Positions 35,789 to 44,735 of a stretch of 64,000 bases of DNA are shown one piece after another. Position 1 is the first letter of the stretch. Each line of letters opens with the position of its first letter. The translations under genes were made by a program, and so were the position numbers. Origin of the DNA: an uncultured Candidatus Peribacteria bacterium (lineage in GTDB: Bacteria; Patescibacteriota; Gracilibacteria; Peribacterales; Peribacteraceae). The notes below the pieces were generated by a model. The model was not told the origin of the DNA and did no database searches. It was given only the letters and a program-made list of their open reading frames with translations. Where the stretch lies: assembly GCA_964460475.1 (NCBI GenBank), contig CAYWPP010000004.1:22977-86976 (forward strand), read 5' to 3'.

Positions 35789-38700
35789 GAAACAATCCTG
35801 CGGCACAACAGGAAGCGGCCGTGTTCCTGGAAGCGCTCCGCGCCGAGGAACCGGTGAATGCGCGCGATCTTCTTGATAAGCACAAAGATGCGCCCGACAT
35901 TCTCGATGCGGTCGGCGAAGAACTTTCGAAGCTCGACAAAAAGCAGCAGGAGTTGATCTCTCTCAATCTGCGGAACCTGGAAAAGCAGATCAGCGCGACG
36001 GAACAAAATGAAGAGACATCGCGATTGAAGGCACAGGTGGAAACATGGAGAAAGTCATTGGAGACGGCACACGTATCGGTATCGGCCGAAGCACGTGCGA
36101 GCGAAACGACACAGACGGAAGAAACCAACGAGGAATTACCGAGCACGCCTCCTCAAGGATTCGTTGACACCATGAAAGTGTACGCGTCGAAAACGAAGGA
36201 ATGGGCCAAGGAACAGCTCGATGTCACAAAGTGGTCATCCACAAAGAAGGCAACGGTTGCGACTCTGACATTGGGAGCGGCGGCACTGCTTGCCTATCTT
36301 GCCTTCCGTAAATCAAAGGCAGAAGGAGGAGAACGAGAAAAAGAACGCAACGGTTTTCCAAAATGGCTCCTGTGGGTACCGGTACTTGGCATTGCGAGTT
36401 GGGGAGCATATAAGCTCTATCAGCACTCGCAATCCATCAATGACATCACTGAGAACCTCCAAAGCACATCAGAGAATATTGCAGGCGGTGCAGGTGCAAT
36501 AAGGGACATAGCAACTGGAGCTGGTACAGAACTCGCATCTACCGGCGCAGAAGTGGCTGACACTCTCTACCGAGATGGAAAATTTTGGATTGATCTTTTC
36601 AGCAAAGACGATCTATCAGAAGCGATGCAACACTTCATCGTATCTGGCGCCATTCTTGCAGTAGAAAATGGCATGACTGTTCTTCATGTTGCTAGCAGAA
36701 CAATTGTCCTTCCAGGGCTCTCGATAGAAAAATTCCTCAAGTGGGGTGCAACGGGAGAAAAAGACGAGGACATATGGCTTGTGTATGGGCAGGCAGGAGC
36801 TGCTTACTTTATGGGAAAAACCGCCTTTAATCTTCTCGCAAGAGGTCATTTGCAAATCCCACTTACCAGGAAAGACGCACTTTTCACTGCATTAAAAATT
36901 GGAAGCGGGCCTCTTGATATGGTTGCAGATGCTCTCAGCATCGGTGGGACTGCCGCTAGGGGAGCTCATGGAAGAGAGGCGGTATACATTCGATATGCTC
37001 GACAAAACATTGTCGCCAAAGGAATGAGGAAATATCGAATGTGGAGATTAAGTGGTAAGCCAGAAGGTATTCAAAGAGGTCTCAAGTATTGGAAGAGCCT
37101 TATGCGAGACTGCGACATCATGCAAATGTTCAAAGGCGAAGGTAAGCTCTTTTCAGAGCAGGAGTATGAAAAAGCAGTCAATGCAAGGAAGGCATTGGCA
37201 AATAAGATTGCAAAGGCTCTCAACAGACTTAGCCCGAAAGACTTGGAAAAATCAGGTCTAAAAGAATTAAAAAAATACAGCAATTTGGAGGTTGCCGAAT
37301 TTGAAAAATGGACCGATAAGTACATCAATGATCTCATTCCTTCCCAAGCCAAAAACACTGTCACTACAAGTGCTGCTACATCTCCCCATATTCCCGGGGA
37401 ATTGACTGAAGCATCTCCAGTCCGCAAGGCCGCAGGTGCGGAACGCATGACTCCGGAGCCTGCTCCACGTACGTCCGCTCCATCCTCGGAAGGTCCGCGG
37501 CTGTATGATCCCGACAATCTGCTGGATAAAGAAGCGCGAACAGCTTCGGATGCCGTGACGGAAAGTGCCGACGCCATGCCCCGGACGACAGATGAACTCT
37601 TCAGTGCCATTGCGGATGCACGCAACGCGGGCGACGATGCAAGGCTCGCGAAGTTGATGGAAAGTCCGCTCCTCCGGGAAACGGCAAAAAACGGAAACAA
37701 GGAAGCACAGGCATTGCTGCGAGCCAGGACGTTCGCGGCGCGCGCTCTCTCCAGAGGAAAGGAAACCGCAAGAATCGCGGGGAAAGTGGCGGGACCCGCA
37801 CTCGCGGGATTCGGCATCCTGCTCGATACGTATCTGGTCATCGATAACGAAGTGCAGCTGGCGGAAGCCCGAAAGAAGCAAGATGCCCTTGAAATCGACA
37901 GGCTGGAAGCAAGAGGACGGAGCTTGAAAGCCGCGGGTATCGGCGGCGTCGCCACTCTTGCGCTTGCCGGTCCTGCCGGACTCGTCGTCGGGGCGGCGGT
38001 AGCTGCCGCATCCGTCTACACCGAAGCCGTCTACGCATCCGTGGAAGAATGGAACAGAACCGCCGAATCGTGGAAGAAACTCGATACCGCCACGCTCCTG
38101 CAGGAAATCGAACGGTACGTCGGCGAAGTGAGTGCGGCGAACGTCACCGCATCGCCCGGGGTGCTCGCGGGAAATCTGGAAGGAGTGAACGCGGTGAACA
38201 GCGATGTCCGCTCCGAGATCTATGCCGCCTATCTCGTCAGATCCACATTGCTTCCGAAAATGCATGCCGAAACGGACGCGCAGTACGCGGACCGCGTGAA
38301 GCTCGCGGTGAGAAGTAAGCTCGCCTACATCAGCAACGTGACGGGCCGATCATTCGACAGAGTCACGACGGACACGTTACGCAATGCGGATGCCTACGCG
38401 GAGCTCGTTGCCCTCAAGGAAAAACGCAGGAGCATGAATCTCCCCCTGACCGTCACGTTCCCGTCGATCGGCGGCGACATGACCATCGATCTGGAGAAAG
38501 TCGACGTCACGCGAACCGAGCGGGGCGAACTCTGGAAGATGCTCAATGAGTACGAGAAATCCATCAAGCCGATGATGACGGCAATCGAGATGCAAGCCGC
38601 GTTCGAAGCGGGCCGGGATGCCGGAATCGACTATCGTGAAAAGACGAAAGCCGCCCTGCACGAAGCGGTACTTGCGGAAATCCGCCATGATGTTCATCGT

Positions 38701-38997
38701 GCGGAACAATCGCTGAGAAACGTGAATTTCAGCGGCATCGCCGACGAGCACGAACGTACGGTTGTACGCATGCTCATCGCGGCCGAGCAGGAGAAAAGCG
38801 TCGCAACACTGACGGAGCTTGTGGGAACTGAAACATTCACGGGGGAACAATTTGCGAAGACGATCGATACGCTGCGATCGAACATTCAAGGCATGACGGC
38901 CAATGCGCAAACGACATACGACAATGCTCCCGATTCCATGAAGAAACAAACATACGGAGAAGAGCAGTCCAACATCCTGATCGCGTTGACGTCCTAG
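35785..38997 (+). CDS. hypothetical large membrane protein (1070 aa, coiled-coil regions plus two TM clusters)
   Basis: TM pairs at about residues 160-215 and 690-760, with long helical Glu/Lys/Ala-rich stretches. No catalytic motif recognised. Confidence 0.65.
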   Translation: MRNNPAAQQEAAVFLEALRAEEPVNARDLLDKHKDAPDILDAVGEELSKLDKKQQELISLNLRNLEKQISATEQNEETSRLKAQVETWRKSLETAHVSVSAEARASETTQTEETNEELPSTPPQGFVDTMKVYASKTKEWAKEQLDVTKWSSTKKATVATLTLGAAALLAYLAFRKSKAEGGEREKERNGFPKWLLWVPVLGIASWGAYKLYQHSQSINDITENLQSTSENIAGGAGAIRDIATGAGTELASTGAEVADTLYRDGKFWIDLFSKDDLSEAMQHFIVSGAILAVENGMTVLHVASRTIVLPGLSIEKFLKWGATGEKDEDIWLVYGQAGAAYFMGKTAFNLLARGHLQIPLTRKDALFTALKIGSGPLDMVADALSIGGTAARGAHGREAVYIRYARQNIVAKGMRKYRMWRLSGKPEGIQRGLKYWKSLMRDCDIMQMFKGEGKLFSEQEYEKAVNARKALANKIAKALNRLSPKDLEKSGLKELKKYSNLEVAEFEKWTDKYINDLIPSQAKNTVTTSAATSPHIPGELTEASPVRKAAGAERMTPEPAPRTSAPSSEGPRLYDPDNLLDKEARTASDAVTESADAMPRTTDELFSAIADARNAGDDARLAKLMESPLLRETAKNGNKEAQALLRARTFAARALSRGKETARIAGKVAGPALAGFGILLDTYLVIDNEVQLAEARKKQDALEIDRLEARGRSLKAAGIGGVATLALAGPAGLVVGAAVAAASVYTEAVYASVEEWNRTAESWKKLDTATLLQEIERYVGEVSAANVTASPGVLAGNLEGVNAVNSDVRSEIYAAYLVRSTLLPKMHAETDAQYADRVKLAVRSKLAYISNVTGRSFDRVTTDTLRNADAYAELVALKEKRRSMNLPLTVTFPSIGGDMTIDLEKVDVTRTERGELWKMLNEYEKSIKPMMTAIEMQAAFEAGRDAGIDYREKTKAALHEAVLAEIRHDVHRAEQSLRNVNFSGIADEHERTVVRMLIAAEQEKSVATLTELVGTETFTGEQFAKTIDTLRSNIQGMTANAQTTYDNAPDSMKKQTYGEEQSNILIALTS

Positions 38998-39010
38998 ACG
39001 GCGCTCGGGC

Positions 39011-39019
39011 GGCTATACT
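39011..39019 (+). promoter_or_regulatory. -10 element GGCTATACT, 6 nt upstream of GTG 39026
   Basis: Read directly from the sequence. Confidence 0.45.
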
Positions 39020-39025
39020 GTCCCC

Positions 39026-39826
39026 GTGCCCCTCTCCTACTCCCAGCTGCAGACGTACAGGCGCTGCCCGCGGCAGTATGAGTATGCATACGTGAAGAAG
39101 TTGCCTGCGCCGCTGTCGGCGGGTGAGAGCTTCGGCTCCAGCATTCATAACACGCTCAAGAAGTGGGGCGAATTAGAATTGATGGAGAGTTCCGCGTTAC
39201 GGGTTGATTCCACAAATCAACTGGCATTGTTTATTGAAAAAAACGATCAACCCGTAACGCGCAACGCGCTGACCGAAGAAACATTATTACGCCTCTGGCA
39301 CCAATCGTTCATTGTCGAAGGATATGCGACGCGCGTGGAGGCGGATTTCCAGAGGAGCATCGGCGAGAACATCCTGCGCGATTTCTTCGCCTGGTGGAGC
39401 ACCGAACCGCACGAGGTCGTCGTGATCGAGAAGGGATTCACCTGCACGCTCGAAGGCGGCGAAACGCTGAGCGGAAGATTCGACCGCGTCGAGAGGACGG
39501 AACACGGCCTTCGCATCATCGACTTCAAGACCGGCGATCCCCGCCCGCAGGAGAGCGTGGATGCGGACCTGCAGCTCTCCATCTACGCGCTCGCCGCGCG
39601 GGATCTCTGGGAAGAGCCCGTGGAAGAACTGGTGTTTCTGTTTCTGAATCGTGACGGAATCACGGCTCTCTCAACCACGCGCAACGCATCGCAACTGCAT
39701 GATGCGGCAAAGAGCATTCGCGTTCTTGCCGAGAGAATCACGGAAAAGGACTTCCGGCCGACACCGGCCCTTGAGAAGTGCAGACGCTGTCCGTACAGAC
39801 GCGTGTGTGATGTGGCAGCTGTGTAA
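39026..39826 (+). CDS. PD-(D/E)xK nuclease, Cas4/AddB-like with a Cys cluster
   Basis: N-terminal SYSQLQTYRRCPRQY. Core FDRVE...LRIIDFKTG and QLSIYALA. C-terminal CRRCPYRRVC, completing the 4-Cys arrangement typical of Cas4-like nucleases. Confidence 0.8.
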   Translation: MPLSYSQLQTYRRCPRQYEYAYVKKLPAPLSAGESFGSSIHNTLKKWGELELMESSALRVDSTNQLALFIEKNDQPVTRNALTEETLLRLWHQSFIVEGYATRVEADFQRSIGENILRDFFAWWSTEPHEVVVIEKGFTCTLEGGETLSGRFDRVERTEHGLRIIDFKTGDPRPQESVDADLQLSIYALAARDLWEEPVEELVFLFLNRDGITALSTTRNASQLHDAAKSIRVLAERITEKDFRPTPALEKCRRCPYRRVCDVAAV

Positions 39827-39897
39827 AAATAAAATAAAAAATAAGAAATAAGAAAATAAAAAACGTTTCTTATTTCTTATTTCTAATTTTTTATTTC
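39827..39897. terminator. AT-rich palindrome, likely a bidirectional terminator between convergent genes
   Basis: Perfect 14-bp stem TAAGAAATAAGAAA (39842-39855) pairs with TTTCTTATTTCTTA (39866-39879), with a 10-nt loop. A-rich upstream and T-rich downstream. Confidence 0.7.
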
Positions 39898-39900
39898 TCT

Positions 39901-40650
39901 TTAGAGAGCAACTCCCACGATCCCCTTCAGTCCCACTCCGATGGCGTACGCGATGATCGCGCCGATCGCGCCCACGCCAACGATCTCCACGGCACCGCGG
40001 ATGAGCCGTTCACGCGTCACGTAACTTCGCGCCAAGCCGAGCAGGGCGAGTGCGAAGAAGGTCGAGGCGATCGCCACGGGGAAGCGTCGTTCTTCGGGAA
40101 GATTGAAGAGGTAGGGAATGAGCGGAATCGCGCCGAAGAAGACGAACGAACAGAACGTACTGACCGCGTGCAGCAGCGGCTTCTCATCGGTATCGGACAC
40201 GATCCCGTGTTCCTCGATGAGCATCGTATCGGCCCAGACGTCCTTATCGGAGGTGATCACCGAAACAACCCGGTCGAGATTCTCGCCTTCGAATCCTTTC
40301 TTGCCGTAAGCCCGCTTGATCTCCAGTTTCTCGGCTTCCGGTTCCGCGTCGATCTCGGCAAGTTCCTCCTTGCGCAATCGCGCGCGCTGGTCAACTTCGG
40401 ATTTGAGCGAGAGAAACGCGCCCGTTGCCATCGACGAGGCATCCGCAAACAGGTTCGCGAGACCGAGGATGATCACCACGTACCGTTCCATGCCCGCGCC
40501 GACGGTGCCGGCGACGACCGCGAACGTCGTGACGATACCGTCGTTCCCTCCGTACACGATGTCGTGAATGATGGGACCGAGGCGGTGGCCGTGCGACATC
40601 CGGGATTCATGTTCCCGGAGCAGCTGCTTTTCCTGTGGCGTCAGAGGCAT
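39901..40650 (-). CDS. VIT1/CCC1 family iron/manganese transporter
   Basis: [19 protein letters not shown], a central acidic helix region, and C-terminal TM helices. Confidence 0.85.
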   Translation of the reverse strand: MPLTPQEKQLLREHESRMSHGHRLGPIIHDIVYGGNDGIVTTFAVVAGTVGAGMERYVVIILGLANLFADASSMATGAFLSLKSEVDQRARLRKEELAEIDAEPEAEKLEIKRAYGKKGFEGENLDRVVSVITSDKDVWADTMLIEEHGIVSDTDEKPLLHAVSTFCSFVFFGAIPLIPYLFNLPEERRFPVAIASTFFALALLGLARSYVTRERLIRGAVEIVGVGAIGAIIAYAIGVGLKGIVGVAL

Positions 40651-40657
40651 GTCGAAG

Positions 40658-40666
40658 AGTATAGCA
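40658..40666 (-). promoter_or_regulatory. extended -10 TGCTATACT, 7 nt upstream of ATG 40650
   Basis: The minus strand reads CTCTGCTATACTCTTCGAC-ATG. Confidence 0.5.
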
Positions 40667-40696
40667 GAGTATCTTTTCAGGCGCCGTCTTGCGTTC

Positions 40697-40702
40697 TATA
40701 CT
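40697..40702 (+). promoter_or_regulatory. -10 hexamer TATACT, 29 nt upstream of tRNA-Glu
   Basis: Read directly from the sequence (GTTCTATACTCTGCG). Confidence 0.4.
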
Positions 40703-40731
40703 CTGCGTCCGTCGCTCATTGCGTCTTTAAC

Positions 40732-40806
40732 GGCCTCATCGTCTAACGGTTAGGACAGCAGGTTCTCATCCTGCAAATCGGGGTTCGATTCCCCGTGAGG
40801 CTGCCA
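40732..40806 (+). tRNA. tRNA-Glu (anticodon CUC), CCA encoded
   Basis: Hand-folded cloverleaf. Acceptor GGCCTCA/TGAGGCT (G1:U72 wobble). D-arm GTCTAACGGTTAGGAC. Anticodon stem GCAGG/CCTGC with loop TTCTCAT. T-arm CGGGG-TTCGATT-CCCCG. Discriminator G, then CCA. Confidence 0.9.
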
Positions 40807-40808
40807 GT
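40791..40808 (+). repeat. direct repeat copy 1 (tRNA-Glu 3' end, CCCCGTGAGGCTGCCAGT)
   Basis: The identical 18-mer recurs at 40883-40900. Confidence 0.9.
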
Positions 40809-40882
40809 CATCTCCACTCACCTCAATTCAATCAAAATGTCCGCGGGGCGCGGCGCAGTTCGGCAAAGCCGAACGAAGACGG

Positions 40883-40900
40883 CCCCGTGAGGCTGCCAGT
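40883..40900 (+). repeat. direct repeat copy 2 (duplicate of the tRNA-Glu 3' end)
   Basis: Identical 18-mer. The sequence upstream of it does not fold as a tRNA. Confidence 0.9.
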
Positions 40901-41279
40901 TTCTGTGGACATTGACGACTGCAAGTATATGATTTGCGCATGAGTTTCACATCCGAGCAAAACGATCGAATCGAACAAGAGCCTGATTTCAATGCATTGG
41001 TGCGACAAGTTCGCGACTCACTCAAAGCCAAAGAAGAAGACTTCAGATTTCGAATGGCTGTAAGAGTTGCATGTCCGGATAAACGATCTTGAGGGTAGTA
41101 AACGAATGCATGATTTCGGTAATCAAAGAGTTCTCGTGGAGAACCCCAAGGACTGCCATAACAAATAAGCAAACACCGAAGGTGCCGGCATGAGAGAATC
41201 TATAAATCATCCTAATTCTTGGCCTTGCAACAACGCTACGATTGACTTTCATCCACGATAGTTCGCGTCTTCATACTCC

Positions 41280-41522
41280 TCACTCCCCCTGACACGGAGC
41301 AAATTCACAGTTGGGAAGCGTCCGTCCGACATAGGAACCGTCGGGGCATAACTTCGCTTCCATAGTGCACGCTATCGGAGACGATGCATCCGAGGAAGAG
41401 GAAGAGCTCACAGGCGAGGAGACGGACGAAGACGACGAGGACGAGACGTTCCCGTTCGTGTCCGGCCCCGGCGCACAGCCGACGACAAGAAGAGCAGCGA
41501 CGACCAGAGGAAGACAACGCAT
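41280..41522 (-). CDS. small lipoprotein with poly-Ser linker and a C-terminal 4-Cys module
   Basis: Lipobox LLVVGC. Ser-rich linker. CTMEAKLCPDGSYVGRTLPNCEFAPC. Confidence 0.6.
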   Translation of the reverse strand: MRCLPLVVAALLVVGCAPGPDTNGNVSSSSSSSVSSPVSSSSSSDASSPIACTMEAKLCPDGSYVGRTLPNCEFAPCQGE

Positions 41523-41705
41523 GAGAAGAAGCGAAGCGGCAGAAACAAAAGGCGCGCGAGGAGACGGAAGAATGACGCCATACTACAGAGGACGGATGAC
41601 GGATCGAAATCTTGCAGCGCAGACACGCAAAAGATGCACACAGAACGACGGGGAAGCTTCGATTGAACTGACGGACGCGATGCCCTACCCTCGTCACCCG
41701 AAACA

Positions 41706-42122
41706 TTGCCGCTTTCACTCATGCCTTACCACTTTCCGCGTCGCACCAAACACACGTTCCGCGTGAAAAAATCGAGAGCGGGCTTGGGGCTCTTCGCACA
41801 AACCCCCGTCAAACGCGGCGAATTCGTCATCGAGTACTTCGGACCCATCCTCACGGATGAGGAAGCGGAGAGAAAGGGCGGGAAATACTTGATAGACATT
41901 GCGGGGACGAAGCTGAACATCGACGGCAGCACGAGGGAGAATCTCGCGCGCTACATCAACCATTCCTGCAAGCCGAACTGCGAAGCGGTGGCGGAGGGAA
42001 AGCGGGTGTTCATCTACGCGATTCGCAGCATCAAGGTCGGCGATGAGCTGAGCTACGATTACGGCAAAGACTACTACGACGACATGATCAAGCCGCGCGG
42101 CTGCAAGTGCGGGAATCACTGA
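41706..42122 (+). CDS. SET-domain protein (putative protein-lysine methyltransferase)
   Basis: GLGLFA, RYINHSCKPN, ELSYDYG, and a post-SET-like CKCG. Alternative start at 41721. Confidence 0.85.
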   Translation: MPLSLMPYHFPRRTKHTFRVKKSRAGLGLFAQTPVKRGEFVIEYFGPILTDEEAERKGGKYLIDIAGTKLNIDGSTRENLARYINHSCKPNCEAVAEGKRVFIYAIRSIKVGDELSYDYGKDYYDDMIKPRGCKCGNH

Positions 42123-42249
42123 GTCATAGACCGGGCGGGCACACGATCGCAGGAGCATGATGACGCACGGATTTCGGGAAAGAATCCTTGAGGGTGAAAC
42201 ATCGGAGTACTTGTGGTACGGTAGGATTTTGACACTTCCCTTCTCCCGT

Positions 42250-42621
42250 ATGCTCACGTTTCTCGGTTCGTATCCCGACATCGGCGTCATCGCCCTTCGC
42301 ATCGCGCTCTGTGCGATCTTCCTCGCGCACGGACCGAAGAAGCTCAATGGTTCGATGGGCACATTCATGTTAGCAATCGGCGTCATCGAAACCGCCGGAG
42401 CCGCCGCGGTGCTCATGGGTATTGTGACCCGATGGGCGGCCGTCGCGCTGGGTATCGTGATGATCGGCGCCATCTACAAGAAGGTCGTCGAGTGGCACGT
42501 GCCGTTTGCCGCCATGGACAAGAACGGCTGGGAATTCGATCTTATGATCCTCGCGGGCTGCATCGCGCTTGCGGTGTTCGGAGCCGGCACGTTCTCCCTG
42601 GACGCGGTCTGGTTCGCGTAA
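42250..42621 (+). CDS. DoxX family membrane protein
   Basis: LRIALCAIFLAHGPKKL and four TM helices. Uses the internal ATG 42250. Confidence 0.8.
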   Translation: MLTFLGSYPDIGVIALRIALCAIFLAHGPKKLNGSMGTFMLAIGVIETAGAAAVLMGIVTRWAAVALGIVMIGAIYKKVVEWHVPFAAMDKNGWEFDLMILAGCIALAVFGAGTFSLDAVWFA

Positions 42622-42655
42622 TCATGTTTTCTCTCTTCATCCTCGAACGCTCTTC

Positions 42656-43792
42656 ATGTCTCACGTTGCTCACCGCCTTGCCCTTGCACTGATCCTGTCT
42701 CTCGCCATGGCGGGATGCGCCACGCCCGCCGTTCCTTCCGAGGAGCCCGAGCGCGACACGGAATCCGCAGGGGAATCCTCGGAGTCGGTGCAGGAGGTGG
42801 TGAAGGGAGAGCAGCTCATCGTCGGAAATCTTGTCGTGCCCTGGGACATCGCCTTCCTCCCCTCCGGCGATCTGCTCGTGACCGAGAGACCGGGCAGGCT
42901 CGTGCGCATCGGGGAAGGTCGCCGCGTCTATGAGATCGAAGGAGTGCTGCATCGCGGGGAGGGTGGACTGCTCGGCGTCGCGCTCCATCCGGACTTTGAA
43001 GACAACCGATGGCTCTACCTCTACCTGACGACGCAGGGCGAGAACGGAACAGTGAACCGCGTGGAACGCTACCGATACGCGGATGATGCGCTGACGGATC
43101 GGACGGACATTCTCACGGGCATTCCGGGCGCGCTGTACCACGACGGAGGGCAGATCGCCTTCGGGCCGGACGGATTCCTGTACGTGACGACGGGCGACGC
43201 GGGCAATCCTGACGCGGCGCAGAACGTCGACTCTCTGGCCGGGAAAATCCTGCGCCTGCGCGACGACGGCTCCGTGCCGGACGAGAATCCCTTCGGGAAC
43301 GCCGTCTACTCCTACGGTCACCGCAATCCGCAGGGACTCGCATGGGATGACGGCGGGCGGCTGTGGAGCACGGAGCACGGCAGGAGCGGACTCTCCTCCG
43401 GATACGACGAGTTGAACCTGATCGAAGCGGGAGGAAATTACGGCTGGCCCGTCATCCAAGGTGACGAAACGCGCGACGGAATGATCGCTCCCGTGATGCA
43501 TTCCGGACCGCGCACGACGTGGGCGCCGGCATCCGCTGCGTACGCGCGCGGATCGATCTTCTTCGGCGGACTGAGAGGCGAAACGCTCTACGAAGCCGTA
43601 TTGAGCGGCGACGGCGTCGCAGAGCTGCGCACGCATCTTGCGGGAGAGTACGGCAGACTGCGCGCTATAGTGACGGATCCCGACGGAATGCTCTTCCTCA
43701 CGACGAGCAACACGGACGGTCGCGGCTCGCCGGACGGCACCGATGACAGAGTCCTGCGTCTTGATCCGTCGCGACTGGAACGCGCGGAATGA
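42656..43792 (+). CDS. PQQ-dependent sugar dehydrogenase (soluble glucose/sorbosone dehydrogenase family) lipoprotein
   Basis: Lipobox LAMAGC. PWDIAFLPSGDLLVTERPGRL, GLLGVALHPDF, HDGGQIAFGPDGFLYVTTGD, GHRNPQGLAWD. Confidence 0.85.
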   Translation: MSHVAHRLALALILSLAMAGCATPAVPSEEPERDTESAGESSESVQEVVKGEQLIVGNLVVPWDIAFLPSGDLLVTERPGRLVRIGEGRRVYEIEGVLHRGEGGLLGVALHPDFEDNRWLYLYLTTQGENGTVNRVERYRYADDALTDRTDILTGIPGALYHDGGQIAFGPDGFLYVTTGDAGNPDAAQNVDSLAGKILRLRDDGSVPDENPFGNAVYSYGHRNPQGLAWDDGGRLWSTEHGRSGLSSGYDELNLIEAGGNYGWPVIQGDETRDGMIAPVMHSGPRTTWAPASAAYARGSIFFGGLRGETLYEAVLSGDGVAELRTHLAGEYGRLRAIVTDPDGMLFLTTSNTDGRGSPDGTDDRVLRLDPSRLERAE

Positions 43793-43804
43793 ATACGATC
43801 GGAT

Positions 43805-44074
43805 ATGATCCGTATGCCCATGCCGCACTTCTTCTACCTCGCCCGCTGCAGCGACGGATCGCTGTATGCCGGCACATGCGTCGACCTCGCCGCGCGCGAG
43901 GCGAAGCACAACGACGGGACGGGCGCCAAGTACACGCGATCACGGAGGCCGGTGCGGATCGTGCATCACGAAGCGTTCGCCTCCCTGGCGGAAGCCCGCA
44001 GTCGCGAAGCCAAGGTCAAGCGAATGAAGAAAGCCGAGAAAGAGCGTTTGGCGGAGACACGACACGGCAGATGA
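43805..44074 (+). CDS. GIY-YIG nuclease family protein (UPF0213-like)
   Basis: FFYLARCSDGSLYAGTCVDLAAREAKHN...YTR. Confidence 0.85.
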   Translation: MIRMPMPHFFYLARCSDGSLYAGTCVDLAAREAKHNDGTGAKYTRSRRPVRIVHHEAFASLAEARSREAKVKRMKKAEKERLAETRHGR

Positions 44075-44114
44075 TCCGCTCCTCGCCGGGTCCGTGCCGT
44101 AGTATCATACGGAC

Positions 44115-44735
44115 ATGATGAAGAACGTCCCTGCTCTGTTCCTCGCATCGGCTTTGCTCGCTGCCTGCGGATTCCTCGGAGCCGAGCCCGCCGTGAATCC
44201 CGATCCGAACCACACGCATGCCGATTTCCTCATGGTGATCGAGGGGCGCATGATCGACTTCTCGGACGAGAAGTACATGTCCGAAGCGGTCACGGACGAA
44301 ACGGAACCGCATGAGCACGAAGAGGGATACCTGCATCAGTACCTCCATCTGCATGACGGCGTCGGTCATGTCATTCACCGACATAAACCGGGGCTGACGA
44401 TCGGAGAATTTTTCGACTCTATCGGCGTCACCATGACGGAGAACTGCGTCACGCTCGATAACGGAGCCTCCTACTGCAACGATGCCGAGAACCGATGGCG
44501 GATGCTCGTGAACGGAGAGGAGAGAGCGCTCGATCCCGCGTATACCTTCGAGGATCTGGACCGGCTGCTCTTCGTCTACGGAGCCGATGACGCAACGCTG
44601 ACACGACTGACGGAAGAAGTGTCCGATGATGCGTGTCTCTTCTCCCGCACCTGTCCAGAACGAGGCGATCCTCCCGCGGAAAACTGCGTGGCCGATCCGT
44701 CGGTACCGTGCGTTGTTCCGCCGGAGGAACTGTAG
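44115..44735 (+). CDS. His-rich lipoprotein, function unknown
   Basis: Lipobox LLAACG. HTHADF, HEHEEGYLHQYLHLHDGVGHVIHRH. Confidence 0.6.
   Translation: MMKNVPALFLASALLAACGFLGAEPAVNPDPNHTHADFLMVIEGRMIDFSDEKYMSEAVTDETEPHEHEEGYLHQYLHLHDGVGHVIHRHKPGLTIGEFFDSIGVTMTENCVTLDNGASYCNDAENRWRMLVNGEERALDPAYTFEDLDRLLFVYGADDATLTRLTEEVSDDACLFSRTCPERGDPPAENCVADPSVPCVVPPEEL

Noticed and set aside
37071-38265. Minus-strand ORFs of 294 and 332 aa inside the 1070-aa gene
   Set aside because: Their composition is Ser/Ala/Arg-rich. The plus frame is continuous for 3.2 kb and is coupled to the upstream genes.
40651-40731. Metal riboswitch upstream of the VIT1-family transporter
   Set aside because: The leader is at most a few nt if the TGCTATACT box is the promoter. 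The 80-nt spacer has none of the conserved helices I would expect.
40828-41252. Minus-strand ORFs of 114 and 69 aa and a 47-aa plus ORF in the tRNA-adjacent AT-rich scrap
   Set aside because: No recognisable motifs. They overlap one another and sit in what looks like decayed foreign DNA. I do not call them genes.
42542-43909. 455-aa minus-strand ORF opposite the PQQ-dependent dehydrogenase
   Set aside because: It is antisense to a gene with clear family motifs, and the product is Arg-rich junk.
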